From Planctomycetota bacterium (GTDB lineage Bacteria; Planctomycetota; UBA11346): a DNA stretch of 64,000 bases. Made by a program: the position numbers and the translations under genes. Shown piece after piece: positions 48,588 to 57,784 of the stretch. The notes under the pieces were generated by a model. It saw only the letters and a list, made by a program, of their open reading frames with translations, was not told where the DNA came from and did no database searches. Position 1 is the stretch's first letter, and each line of letters begins with the position of its first letter. The stretch spans positions 32,001 to 96,000 of the forward strand of contig JBBRLJ010000018.1 of NCBI GenBank assembly GCA_038231435.1, in the 5' to 3' direction.

Positions 48588-49136
48588 GTGACCCGCTGCA
48601 TGGTCCTGAACGCCAGTTTCGAGTACCTCAACATCGAGGATAGCTGGTTCGACTCGCTGATGCTGGTGCTCGAGGGGAAGGCCACTCCAATCGAGCATTA
48701 TCCCGAGGTCGTGCGCAGCCAGCACTGCACCTTCCAGCTTCCGGCCGTGGTGGTCATGCGCTACCAGGTGCTGGTCAAGAAGCGCACCAGGCTGTTCCAG
48801 ATGCCGACCAAGAAGGCGGTATTCATCCGCGATAATTTCGAGTGCCAGTACTGCGGCACGCGCTTGACCATGGGGGCCGGAACGCGCGATCACGTGGTGC
48901 CGCGGGCGCTGAAGGGGCCGGACTCGCTGACCAACGTCGTGGCGTCGTGCAAGCCCTGCAACGGCCGCAAGGCCGACCGCACGCCCGAGCAGGCGGGCAT
49001 GGTGCTGCGCAACAAGCCGCGCCCCCTCACCGACGAGGAAAAGATCCGCTGCGTGCTGAAAACCTGCCGCTCGAAGGAGCGCCAGGCCTGGCTGAGCTGC
49101 CTCAAGCGCCTCGGCATCACCCTGTGGTCGAACTGA
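48588..49136 (+). CDS. HNH endonuclease (McrA/HNH_5-like)
   Basis: GGAGGT RBS with GTG start; VLNASFE, PAVVVM, RDNFECQYCG, TRDHVVP, NVVASCKPCNGRK. Confidence 0.92.
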   Translation: MTRCMVLNASFEYLNIEDSWFDSLMLVLEGKATPIEHYPEVVRSQHCTFQLPAVVVMRYQVLVKKRTRLFQMPTKKAVFIRDNFECQYCGTRLTMGAGTRDHVVPRALKGPDSLTNVVASCKPCNGRKADRTPEQAGMVLRNKPRPLTDEEKIRCVLKTCRSKERQAWLSCLKRLGITLWSN

Positions 49137-49189
49137 CCGGTTACCGCCCGCGGTACACCGCGCGAATCGGTCCACCGCCGCTGCTGCCG

Positions 49190-49227
49190 CGGTAGGCAGC
49201 ACGGTGGGCAGCACGGTGGGCAGCACG
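49190..49227. repeat. 12-bp tandem repeat x3 (CGGTGGGCAGCA)
   Basis: Read directly; the first unit can pair with upstream TGCTGCC. Confidence 0.8.
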
Positions 49228-49452
49228 ATCGCCATCACCATACGCATGGTGCCGCCACCCCGACTGGCCAGCGGTTGACCGGCACGCATCAGACCTAGGG
49301 TCTTCCCCGCCAAATCGGCACAAGCCTGTCCGGCAGTGGCCATCCCGCCGCGTCCCAGCATGCCTCACCCGATCGTCCCCCGCTTCGCCCATCGACCTCC
49401 CCGGATACACAGATGGACACCGATGGACAGCTGCACGAATGAACGGAACGCC

Positions 49453-51129
49453 ATGAACCCGATCCTCCGCCCCGTGCTCGCGCTGCTGCTCGTGCTCCCG
49501 ATCGCCCCGACGTTCGCCGAGGACGCCACCGCTCCCGCTCCGGCCGACGCCAGCAAGGCTCCGGCCGATGCAACCAAGCCCGACGCGGCCAAGCCCGCCG
49601 ATCCGGTCGCGGCCGAGCCACCGAAGCCCAAGCCGCAGTGGGTGGATGCGACCAACGACCTCGCCAACAACAAATGGGGCCCCGGCGGCGTGACCCTGCT
49701 CGCCGTGGTCCCCGGAACCGATCAGATCATCGCCGGCGTCAGCGAGAAATGGCTCTGGACCTCTGCGAACGGCGGCACCAGCTGGGCCGAACTCGGCACC
49801 GTCGGCAACGCCAAGAACCGGCCGAGCTCGATCCTCTTCGATCCCAAGGCTCCCGACGCCTTCTGGGTGACCAGCAGCGCAGGCGCGCCCGGCGCATTCG
49901 CCACCACCGACGGGGGCAAGACCTTCAAGCCCGTGCCCAACATCGAGGCGGCGGATTCGATCAGCATCGACTTCACCGACCCGAAGCACAAGACCGTGAT
50001 CGTCGGTCCGCACGAGAAGGAGCACGACGTCGAGGTCTCGACCAACGGCGGCACCTTCTTCAGCAAGGCCTCCAAATTCCCGAACACCACCGGCTACACG
50101 GGACAGGTGCTGGTGCTCGACGACAAGACCTGGCTCGCCAGCGCGGCGGGCTTCGACAAGAAGCAGAAGAAGGAGAAAGAGGTCGGCATCTGGCGGACTG
50201 ACGATGCCGGCAAGACCTGGACCAAGGTCTACAACAATGGCGGTACGGCTCCGGCATTCGTCGCCTCCAACGGCGCCCTCTACTGGGAGTTAGGCGAGAA
50301 CGAGGGCCTGCTGCGCAGCAACAACCGCGGCAAGAGCTGGAACAGCCTGGGCGCGGCGGTGAAACACAGCCCGATGGAATTGCCGAAGCGTTGGCTCGCG
50401 GCGATCGGCGACCAGCAGCTGGTGATCAGCACCGACGGCGGCGATTCCTGGGACGCGGTCGGCGAGAAGCTCACATTCCAGCCGGCAGGCGCGGTGTTCT
50501 GCGAGAAGCGCCACTGCTTCTTCGCCTGGCAATCGACCTCTGCCTACCAGAAGGAGGCGGTGATGCGCCTCGACGTCCCCGAGAACCTCGACGAGCTGGT
50601 GAATCCCACCGTCGCGCGCGACCTCGTCGCCTGGGACGGCGACGACAAGAAGATCATCAACTGCTGGTTCAACAAGGAGATCGCAACCTTCGGCGCCCAG
50701 TCTTCCGTGGCGCACCAGGGTTCGACCGCGCTGCTCTGGCACGTCGCCGCCAAGACCTTCTTCTCGAACTGCGGCGCCTTCTGGTGCACCTACCCGGTGA
50801 AGGCGACCGACGGTCTGGACGCGAGCTCAGAGGCGAACCTGGTGTTCTCGTTCAAGATGGACGGCGCGTCGAAGCCGACCTCACTGCGGCCGTACCTCTG
50901 CAGCATCGGTGAGGGCGGCATCAAGGTCGTCGGCAAGCAAGTCGAGCTGCTCACTTATTGCCCCAAGGCCTTCGATGGACAGTGGCACGACGTGGTCATC
51001 CCGCTCGCCGCTTTCGCCGCCGAAAAATTCACCCTCAAACAGCTCTGCGAGCTCAGCTTCGACGCCAACAACAAGGCCAACGAGTTCGCCTTCGACATGT
51101 ACGTCGACAGCATCGGCTTCAGCAAGTAG
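49453..51129 (+). CDS. Secreted BNR/Asp-box beta-propeller protein with a C-terminal CBM-like domain
   Basis: Signal peptide; repeated SxNGGxSW / TDGGKTF / TDDAGKTW / STDGGDSW; C-terminal WHDVVIPL..YVDSIGF. Confidence 0.88.
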   Translation: MNPILRPVLALLLVLPIAPTFAEDATAPAPADASKAPADATKPDAAKPADPVAAEPPKPKPQWVDATNDLANNKWGPGGVTLLAVVPGTDQIIAGVSEKWLWTSANGGTSWAELGTVGNAKNRPSSILFDPKAPDAFWVTSSAGAPGAFATTDGGKTFKPVPNIEAADSISIDFTDPKHKTVIVGPHEKEHDVEVSTNGGTFFSKASKFPNTTGYTGQVLVLDDKTWLASAAGFDKKQKKEKEVGIWRTDDAGKTWTKVYNNGGTAPAFVASNGALYWELGENEGLLRSNNRGKSWNSLGAAVKHSPMELPKRWLAAIGDQQLVISTDGGDSWDAVGEKLTFQPAGAVFCEKRHCFFAWQSTSAYQKEAVMRLDVPENLDELVNPTVARDLVAWDGDDKKIINCWFNKEIATFGAQSSVAHQGSTALLWHVAAKTFFSNCGAFWCTYPVKATDGLDASSEANLVFSFKMDGASKPTSLRPYLCSIGEGGIKVVGKQVELLTYCPKAFDGQWHDVVIPLAAFAAEKFTLKQLCELSFDANNKANEFAFDMYVDSIGFSK

Positions 51130-51178
51130 CGCTGCTTCCGTCCATTGCACTCGAGGTTCCCCGCCCTCGAACGGCGCT

Positions 51179-52306
51179 TCACATCCAGGCGCGCGAATCC
51201 GGGACCTCCAGCCAGGCGCTGGCGGCGACCGCCTGCTGGCTGACCAGACCGGGCAGCGTCATATCCATCGCCGCGTCGATGCCGAGCCGGCACGGCGATT
51301 CGCCGCGTACCGCGCGCACGAAATCCCACAGCTCGAAGAAATCACCGCCGCCATGGCCGGCTTTCAGCGCCGCGGCGGGCGCCTCGCGCCACCAACTCGG
51401 CACGAAACGTTCCTTGAGCTCGGGGATCCTCGAGAAGTCGCCGAGGTCTCGCCAGCTCGCGGCCTGCGTGCCCGGCAGACGCTTGAGCCAGATCTTGTCG
51501 ATGTCCCCCGGACCGCCGCGCGAGGATTCGAAGCAGCCGTCGGTGCCCTGGAGCTGATAGTTACCGCACGCGTGCGGTCGGTCGGAAACCATGTCGACGC
51601 GGATGACGATCATCCGCCCCTGCACGGTCCGGCACATCATCGAGGCGGTGTCCTGGGCGTACGGCTCGCCACGCGGGTCTCGGTAATGCGAGCCGGAGTT
51701 CGCGCAGGCGACGCTCGCCACGCGGTCGCCGGGCATCCACTGCAGGATGGGGCCGAGGCTGTGGGTCCCATAGGTGATGCCGGGCACGCCGGTCTGGCAG
51801 CGCCGCCGCCACGGGGTCTGCTCGTTGAGCTCCTTGAGCTCGTGGATGTATTCGGCAGCGGCATAGAACACCTCGCCGAACAGCCCCTGCCGCACCAACT
51901 CCGAGACGATGGCGTTCGCGTGCATATAGATGTAATTCTCGGCCATCATGTACACGCGCTTCGAGCGCCTGACCGCCGACACCAGACGGCGGCACTCGTC
52001 GAGCGACACCGCGGCGGTCACTTCGGAGATCACGTGACGCCCGCTGTCGAGCGCCGCGATCGACTGCTCGGCATGCAACGGCATCGGCGTGCCGATGAAC
52101 ACCGCGTCGATGTCCGATTTCGCCAGCATCTCGCGGTAGTCCACGTACTTCTCGGGCGCCGCGAAGCGCTGCCGCGCCTCCTCGAGCGCTGCTTCGCGGC
52201 TGTCGCACACCGCCACGACGTCGATGGCGCCGGTGGCGGAGATGATGTCGCGGAAATGGCCGCCGCGGCCAGCGGCTCCGACGACTCCCAGCTTGATGCG
52301 CTTCAT
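51179..52306 (-). CDS. Gfo/Idh/MocA family oxidoreductase
   Basis: LGVVGAAGRG, TPMPLHA, HVISEV, MMAENY, YGTHSLG, GHGGGD. Confidence 0.93.
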   Translation of the reverse strand: MKRIKLGVVGAAGRGGHFRDIISATGAIDVVAVCDSREAALEEARQRFAAPEKYVDYREMLAKSDIDAVFIGTPMPLHAEQSIAALDSGRHVISEVTAAVSLDECRRLVSAVRRSKRVYMMAENYIYMHANAIVSELVRQGLFGEVFYAAAEYIHELKELNEQTPWRRRCQTGVPGITYGTHSLGPILQWMPGDRVASVACANSGSHYRDPRGEPYAQDTASMMCRTVQGRMIVIRVDMVSDRPHACGNYQLQGTDGCFESSRGGPGDIDKIWLKRLPGTQAASWRDLGDFSRIPELKERFVPSWWREAPAAALKAGHGGGDFFELWDFVRAVRGESPCRLGIDAAMDMTLPGLVSQQAVAASAWLEVPDSRAWM

Positions 52307-53883
52307 GTCGCCGCCTCCGAGGTGTGCATGGGATTGTCCAAGGATCGGCTAGGCGCCGGTCCCGACGCGAGATCAGACGACCGTCCGGCCGCGCGATACG
52401 ATCCACCAACGGCTGCACCTGCGGAGCCGCCAGCGAACGCCACGCACGCCGCAAACGTCGCCGAGGTGAGCGCTTCCAGGGTCCCGGCGGCGAACGGCGT
52501 CTGCCAGACCTGATAGAGGTCCTCTGCGTAGAGCTCACGCGGCGGAAGGTATCCGCAGCTGCCGTTGGCATGGTTGAGGACGACGACCGCGCTCCCGAGT
52601 ACCGCCGTGCTCATGGCGTCGCGGAGCGTACGCTGGAAGACCGAGTAGGCCTCGTTCATCTGACCCACCAGAAAAGCGCCGCCGATCCGCCACAGCCACA
52701 CCTCGATGCGGGCCTGGTCGCCGTCGCCGACGATGCGCCGCACGCGCAGGGCGCGCGTCAGCCGCTCGACCGTCACGGCTTGCCCGGGGGCGGCCAGGGC
52801 GAGGGCGAGCCGGGCGCGCAGCGTGGCGGCGTCTTCCATGGGCTTGAGCGCGACATCGACCAAGAGCACGCGCGCCTCGATGGTGTCATCGACTGGCGCC
52901 TCGGCCTCGGTCCAGATGCCGAGCGGCGCGCCGCTCTCGAGCGTGCCGGCGAAGCGCAGCGTACGACCCGACGGCAGCATGCCCGCGAGCGTCGACAGCG
53001 CCGCGTGCCCGAGTTGGCGGCCATTGGCGTCGGCAATCTCGGATTCGGCAGCGTATTGCCGACGGGGCGCGAGATCGCCCGAGGCGCCTTGAAGGAACAT
53101 CGCGATGACGCCATCGCTGTCTGGCTCTTGACCAGGTACGCGACCGGCCGAGCCGGCTAGCGCCTGCTCGATGGTGTCCCGCATCGCGCCGACGAAATCC
53201 GGCGAGATGGCGCGGTTGGCCCAGCCGAGCGAGGTCGGGTGGCAGGCGTAGTTCACCAGTACAGCGCGTACGGCGCCGTCGGCTCCGCACACCCGTCCGA
53301 CCAGCACGGTGTCGTCGGCGCTCGACTCGGGATCCAGGCCGGTGATGAAGCGGGCGCCGGCCGGGTCGCGTTGATCGCGCTGGCAGGCCAAGGTGCACGA
53401 GCCCCGCCCCCAATCCAGGCGGCCTTCACGCTCGGTTGCCAGGGCTCGCGCCGCCGCTCCAGCCACCACGTCGCGCACGTGGTCGAGGTACGGGGCGATC
53501 AGCTCGCCGCCAGGCCTGCCGGAATCCTCGCGGCAGATCGATGGAGCCGAATGCGTATGGCTCAGATGCACGATCACGCGTTCGGGGCCGAGGCCGAGCC
53601 GGGCCGCCAGCGTAGCTCGCACATGGAGCTCGTCTTCGCGCGTGCGCCACCAGCCGAGATCGAGGCTCGCCAGCACCAACGGCTGCCCATCGCCACTTGC
53701 GCGCACGGTCATCACCGACGCGATAAGCGGGCGATGGATCGACGCGGCGAGATCCGCTTCCGCCGCGCCCCAGTTGCGTGCATAGATGCCCGCTGGCGGC
53801 GTGATGTCCGCGCGTGCCACGCCGATCAGGCCGCCGAATCCGGCGTGCGCGATGTCTCCAGGGCGCTCCCGCGGGCCGCTCAT
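52303..53883 (-). CDS. Neutral/alkaline ceramidase-like hydrolase of unknown substrate
   Basis: DITPP, SHTHSAP, NYACHPT, ISPDFVG, FLQGASGD, GYLP. Confidence 0.82.
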   Translation of the reverse strand: MSGPRERPGDIAHAGFGGLIGVARADITPPAGIYARNWGAAEADLAASIHRPLIASVMTVRASGDGQPLVLASLDLGWWRTREDELHVRATLAARLGLGPERVIVHLSHTHSAPSICREDSGRPGGELIAPYLDHVRDVVAGAAARALATEREGRLDWGRGSCTLACQRDQRDPAGARFITGLDPESSADDTVLVGRVCGADGAVRAVLVNYACHPTSLGWANRAISPDFVGAMRDTIEQALAGSAGRVPGQEPDSDGVIAMFLQGASGDLAPRRQYAAESEIADANGRQLGHAALSTLAGMLPSGRTLRFAGTLESGAPLGIWTEAEAPVDDTIEARVLLVDVALKPMEDAATLRARLALALAAPGQAVTVERLTRALRVRRIVGDGDQARIEVWLWRIGGAFLVGQMNEAYSVFQRTLRDAMSTAVLGSAVVVLNHANGSCGYLPPRELYAEDLYQVWQTPFAAGTLEALTSATFAACVAFAGGSAGAAVGGSYRAAGRSSDLASGPAPSRSLDNPMHTSEAAT

Positions 53884-54671
53884 GTCGAGGTCGCCGGCAA
53901 GCGCAGGGACAGCCCGCCATCCATCAGCACCACGCTGCCGGTGATGTGCGCGAGCTCCGGATCGCACAGTCTCGCCACCTCGCGCGCGACCTCTCCAGCG
54001 CCGATGAGCGCGCCGACGGGCACGCGCGCCACGCAGGCCGCGCGCAGGGCCGGGTCGGCCTGGAACATCCTGCCGCTGAGACCAGCGTCGACGTAACCCG
54101 GCGCGACCTCGTTGACCAGGATGCCGTGGGCCGCGAGCCGCGACGCGAACAGCTTCATCAGCATGCGCGCGCCGGCCTTGGCGGCGCAATACGCGCCGAT
54201 TGCCGGATCCGGAACGTCGGCGGCCCAGCTGCCGACGAATACGATCCTCCCGGGGATGCGAGCCGCGACCATGCGCCTCGCACCGGCCTGCGCGAGATGG
54301 AACGCTCCGTCGAGAACCACGGCGAGATCTCGCCGCCAGTCTCCTGCTCCGAGTTCGAGCAGATCGCGGGGGGTCACCACCGCCGCGTTGACCACCACCG
54401 CCCTGGGCACACCGAGGTCGCGCTCGACGGCCGCGATCCAGGCGCCGACCGCGGCGGCATCGGTGACGTCGACGCGCTGGTAGCTCGCGCGACGGCCGGC
54501 GGCGCGGACACGGGCGAAGATAGAGGCCAGGATCCGGCCCCCATCCTCGTCGGAGACGAGATCGCCGATCGCGATGTCCATCCCTCGCGCGGCGAGTTCG
54601 CTGGCGATGGCGCGGCCGATGTCACCGACGCCGCCGCTGATCACCGCCACACCGCCTGCAGCACCGCTCAT
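53880..54671 (-). CDS. Short-chain dehydrogenase/reductase
   Basis: SGGVGDIG, VVNAA, YCAAK, NEVAPG, DGG. Confidence 0.92.
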   Translation of the reverse strand: MSGAAGGVAVISGGVGDIGRAIASELAARGMDIAIGDLVSDEDGGRILASIFARVRAAGRRASYQRVDVTDAAAVGAWIAAVERDLGVPRAVVVNAAVVTPRDLLELGAGDWRRDLAVVLDGAFHLAQAGARRMVAARIPGRIVFVGSWAADVPDPAIGAYCAAKAGARMLMKLFASRLAAHGILVNEVAPGYVDAGLSGRMFQADPALRAACVARVPVGALIGAGEVAREVARLCDPELAHITGSVVLMDGGLSLRLPATST

Positions 54672-55672
54672 GCGCGGCTCGCCGCACGGGTCAGGACGGC
54701 AGGGTCGGCGGCCACCGATGACGGAAGCGGCCGCGACAAGCCCGCCACGATCGCCATCAGGCCCTCGAACAGGCGGTCGACCTCGACGATGGTCTCGGGG
54801 TCGAGTGCATAGCCGACCGGCCCGCGTACCCGCGCATGGCTGAATACCCCCTGCCTGACCAGCAGGTGCTTTTCGACCGCAAGGAAGGCGTCCAGGCTGT
54901 TCTCGTGCGCGAGCACCGCGCAGAGCGCGGGATGGATCGCATCGACGACGGTTCGATCGCCGTCCTCGAGCGCGCGCCACAGGCGCGACACCGCGACGAT
55001 CAGGTCGGCGCCCGGCATGGTGCCGGCGATGCCGCGGCGATGGCTGTCGACCAGGCTGACGCCGCCCGTGCCCTCGAAGATCGCGGCCGCGCCGCCGGTG
55101 GCGTCGCGCAGCAGCGACAGGCGTTGGCCGATCGGCGCCGCCTCGGGCTTGAACATCACCCGCTCGCCGTACTCCTGGAACAGCGACGCCTGCAGAGCGA
55201 TCGACAGCGGCTTGCCAACGTAGCCGCTGGCGTCCTGCACCACCACGGGCAGCTCGACCGCGTCGAGGATGCGTCGGTAGTAGCCGGCGATCTCGGCCTC
55301 GCCGACCGCCACCGCGAGCGGCGGGATGGCCATCAACGCGCTGGCGCCGCACCCGGCTGCGTGGCGCGCCGCGTCAGCGGCGGCGAACGAGCTCTCGGCG
55401 CCCACGCTGATGACCACCGCGCCGCGCCCGGCCACCAGCGCGCACGCGCTCTCGGCCAAGGCGCGACGCTCGTCGCCCGTCAGGCGCAGGACTTCGGAGA
55501 CCATCGCCATGACCACCCCGTCGGCACCGTGGGCGAAGAGCCAATCGATCTCGCGCGCGAGCCCGCCCAGGTCGATGCGTTCATCTGCGCCGAACGGTGT
55601 CTGGAACACCGGCAGCAGGCCAGCGAGGCGCGGCTTGGCGATCGCGGCGGACGATTGGTCGTTGAGACTCAT
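54668..55672 (-). CDS. DHDPS/NAL-family aldolase or dehydratase
   Basis: PVFQTPF, MVSE, LMAIPP, VVVQDA, FKPEA (Schiff-base Lys), GTMPG. Confidence 0.9.
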   Translation of the reverse strand: MSLNDQSSAAIAKPRLAGLLPVFQTPFGADERIDLGGLAREIDWLFAHGADGVVMAMVSEVLRLTGDERRALAESACALVAGRGAVVISVGAESSFAAADAARHAAGCGASALMAIPPLAVAVGEAEIAGYYRRILDAVELPVVVQDASGYVGKPLSIALQASLFQEYGERVMFKPEAAPIGQRLSLLRDATGGAAAIFEGTGGVSLVDSHRRGIAGTMPGADLIVAVSRLWRALEDGDRTVVDAIHPALCAVLAHENSLDAFLAVEKHLLVRQGVFSHARVRGPVGYALDPETIVEVDRLFEGLMAIVAGLSRPLPSSVAADPAVLTRAASRA

Positions 55673-55718
55673 GGCGTGATGATATTTGACATTGTGTACA
55701 AGGTCAAATGATATCGGC
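55673..55718. promoter_or_regulatory. Overlapping divergent promoters with a central palindromic GntR operator
   Basis: ATTTGAC-ATTGTGTACAAG-GTCAAAT; minus strand TTGACC-N17-TATCAT-N6-ATG; plus strand TTGACA at 55686. Confidence 0.8.
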
Positions 55719-56615
55719 GTGCCCACCGCATCCCTGAGCGTCGTTCCCGGATCCCGCCAGACGCTGGAACAGCGCATCCACCAGGATCTGGTGCACCGCA
55801 TCCGCTCCGGGAATCCCGGGTCGCTGACCCTCGAGGACCTGGGCAGCCGCTACCAGTCCAGCACCCGTCCGGTACGCGCGGCGCTGGCCCGACTGGTCGA
55901 GGACGGCCTGCTGGTGAAGCTCGCCAACCGCCGTCTGGAGGTCGCGCCAGGCACGCGGCCCACGCGTGGGTGGCGCTCAGCGCCTCCCGCGCCGCCCCGC
56001 GACCATGGCGAGGTGATCGCGGCCGACCTGGTCAAGGCCAGCCTGCGCGGCGAGGAGTTGTTCCTGCGCGAGGAGCCAACCGCCGCTCGCTACGGCATTG
56101 GCCGCACCGTGCTCAGGCGCCTTTTCCTGGAGCTCGCCGGCAAGGGCCTGCTCGAGCACGTGGCGCGCCGCGGCTGGCGCGTGCGGCCGTTCCGGCAGGC
56201 CGATCTCGACGCCTTCCTAGAAGTGCGCGAGGTGCTCGAGCTGAAGGCCCTGGATCTGGCCAAGGATCGGCTCGAACGCACGCAGCTGGAGAGCATGCTC
56301 GCTGGCAATGCGATCGACAGGCACGCCGGCGGCGAACGCGTGCGCCTCGACAACCGTATCCACGGCTACCTCATCGAGCGCTCCGGAAATCCCTACCTGC
56401 GCGACTTCTTCGCGCGCCAGGGCGCCTATTTCGCGCTGTTCTTCGACTGGGAAGCCGGCGACCGCGGCGCCGCGCGAGAGGCCTGCCACCAGCACCGCGC
56501 GCTGTTGCGCGCGCTGATCGCCCGGGATTGGCCTGCGGCCAGGGCGCGCCTGACCGAGCACATCCGCCACACCCACCCGGTGCTCAGGACCTCCTCGCCT
56601 GGCGGCGTGTCATGA
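55719..56615 (+). CDS. GntR/FadR regulator with two wHTH domains and an FCD domain
   Basis: SSTRPVRAALARLVEDGLL; GIGRTVLRRLFLELAGKGLL..RRGWRV; VREVLE..DNRIH..SGN..QH..HI. Confidence 0.9.
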   Translation: MPTASLSVVPGSRQTLEQRIHQDLVHRIRSGNPGSLTLEDLGSRYQSSTRPVRAALARLVEDGLLVKLANRRLEVAPGTRPTRGWRSAPPAPPRDHGEVIAADLVKASLRGEELFLREEPTAARYGIGRTVLRRLFLELAGKGLLEHVARRGWRVRPFRQADLDAFLEVREVLELKALDLAKDRLERTQLESMLAGNAIDRHAGGERVRLDNRIHGYLIERSGNPYLRDFFARQGAYFALFFDWEAGDRGAAREACHQHRALLRALIARDWPAARARLTEHIRHTHPVLRTSSPGGVS

Positions 56616-57187
56616 TGCGCCAGCTGCTGATGCGGCGGCCGCACCTCGGTGATCTGCCGCAGCTACCCGATCCACCTCCCGGATATGCCCTGCGTGATTT
56701 CCGCAAGGACTCCGCCGATGACCATGCGTTGATCGCCCGGCTGCTCGCGTCAGCTTTCGCTGATCCGTCGTGGAGCGCGGCCAGGGCGCGCGAGGCGTTC
56801 GTGCTCGACGGCACCGTGCGCCGCACGGTGCTGGCCGTCCATTCCGGGATGCCTGCCGGAATCCATGGCCGACGAGATGGCGACACCGCCGTCGCCACCG
56901 CCTCGGCGCGGCTCATGCCGGAAGCGTTCCCCGGCTCGGGCTACATCCACTGGGTCGCGACCGATCCCGCGCATGGCGGCAAGCGCCTGGGTTGGCTGGT
57001 ATCGCTGGCAGTGCTGCACGGCTTCGCGGCGCTCGGCTGCACGGATGCAGTGCTCGAGACGGACGACCATCGCCTGCCGGCACTGAAGACCTACCTCGCG
57101 CTCGGCTTCGAACCGTGGATCAGGGACGAGTCGCATCCCGCGCGCTGGGACGCGATCCGGGCGAGACTGTCCGACGTCCGCTCCTGA
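56612..57187 (+). CDS. GNAT family N-acetyltransferase
   Basis: IHWVATDPAHGGKRLG, LETDDHRLPALKTYLALGF; ATGA overlap with the GntR gene. Confidence 0.88.
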   Translation: MMRQLLMRRPHLGDLPQLPDPPPGYALRDFRKDSADDHALIARLLASAFADPSWSAARAREAFVLDGTVRRTVLAVHSGMPAGIHGRRDGDTAVATASARLMPEAFPGSGYIHWVATDPAHGGKRLGWLVSLAVLHGFAALGCTDAVLETDDHRLPALKTYLALGFEPWIRDESHPARWDAIRARLSDVRS

Positions 57188-57197
57188 GCCGGCGGAT

Positions 57198-57647
57198 TCA
57201 CCCCTTGGCGGGCAGTGCCACCAAGATCGCGCCGGTGGCGATCAGCGCGACGCCGATGCCGACCTGCCAGGTGATCTTCTCGCCCAGGAACAGCGCGGCG
57301 AGGACCACCACCAGCACCACGCTGAGCTTGTCGATGGGCGCGACGCGCGAGGCGTCGCCGAGCTGCAGCGCACGGTAATAGCACAGCCAGGACAGGCCGG
57401 TGGCGATGCCAGAGAGCACCAGGAACACCACCGAGCGTAGTGGAAGACCCTCGCCCTCGGGCCTGATCCACTCCTTGCGCGCCGTGACGATGGCGCCGAC
57501 CAGCGCGAGGATCACCACCGTGCGGATGAAGGTGGCGAGATCGGAGTTCAGCTTGCTGACGCCGATCTTGCCGAAGAGCGCGGTGAGCGCGGCGAACACC
57601 GCCGAGGCCAGAGCCCAAGCCTGCCAGTTCTGGAAGATCGCGCTCAT
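57198..57647 (-). CDS. EamA/DMT family small transporter
   Basis: FAALTALFGKIG, LSWLCYYRALQLG, VAPIDKLS, FLGE. Confidence 0.92.
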   Translation of the reverse strand: MSAIFQNWQAWALASAVFAALTALFGKIGVSKLNSDLATFIRTVVILALVGAIVTARKEWIRPEGEGLPLRSVVFLVLSGIATGLSWLCYYRALQLGDASRVAPIDKLSVVLVVVLAALFLGEKITWQVGIGVALIATGAILVALPAKG

Positions 57648-57784
57648 GGTGGCCTCCGCGCCAACACCGCATCGGCCGATGCGTGCTGGCGCGGCCATCC
57701 TCGGGCGCGCCCCGCCGGGTCAATCGCGCCCGGCCCCGATCGCGCGTGCCTCGATCTCGCCCGGCTTATGCCAGATGCGTCCGA

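Noticed and set aside
48588..49136. HNH gene as a mobile or defence system marker
   Set aside because: It belongs to a widespread stand-alone family; no methylase, intron, terminal repeats or partner genes are adjacent.
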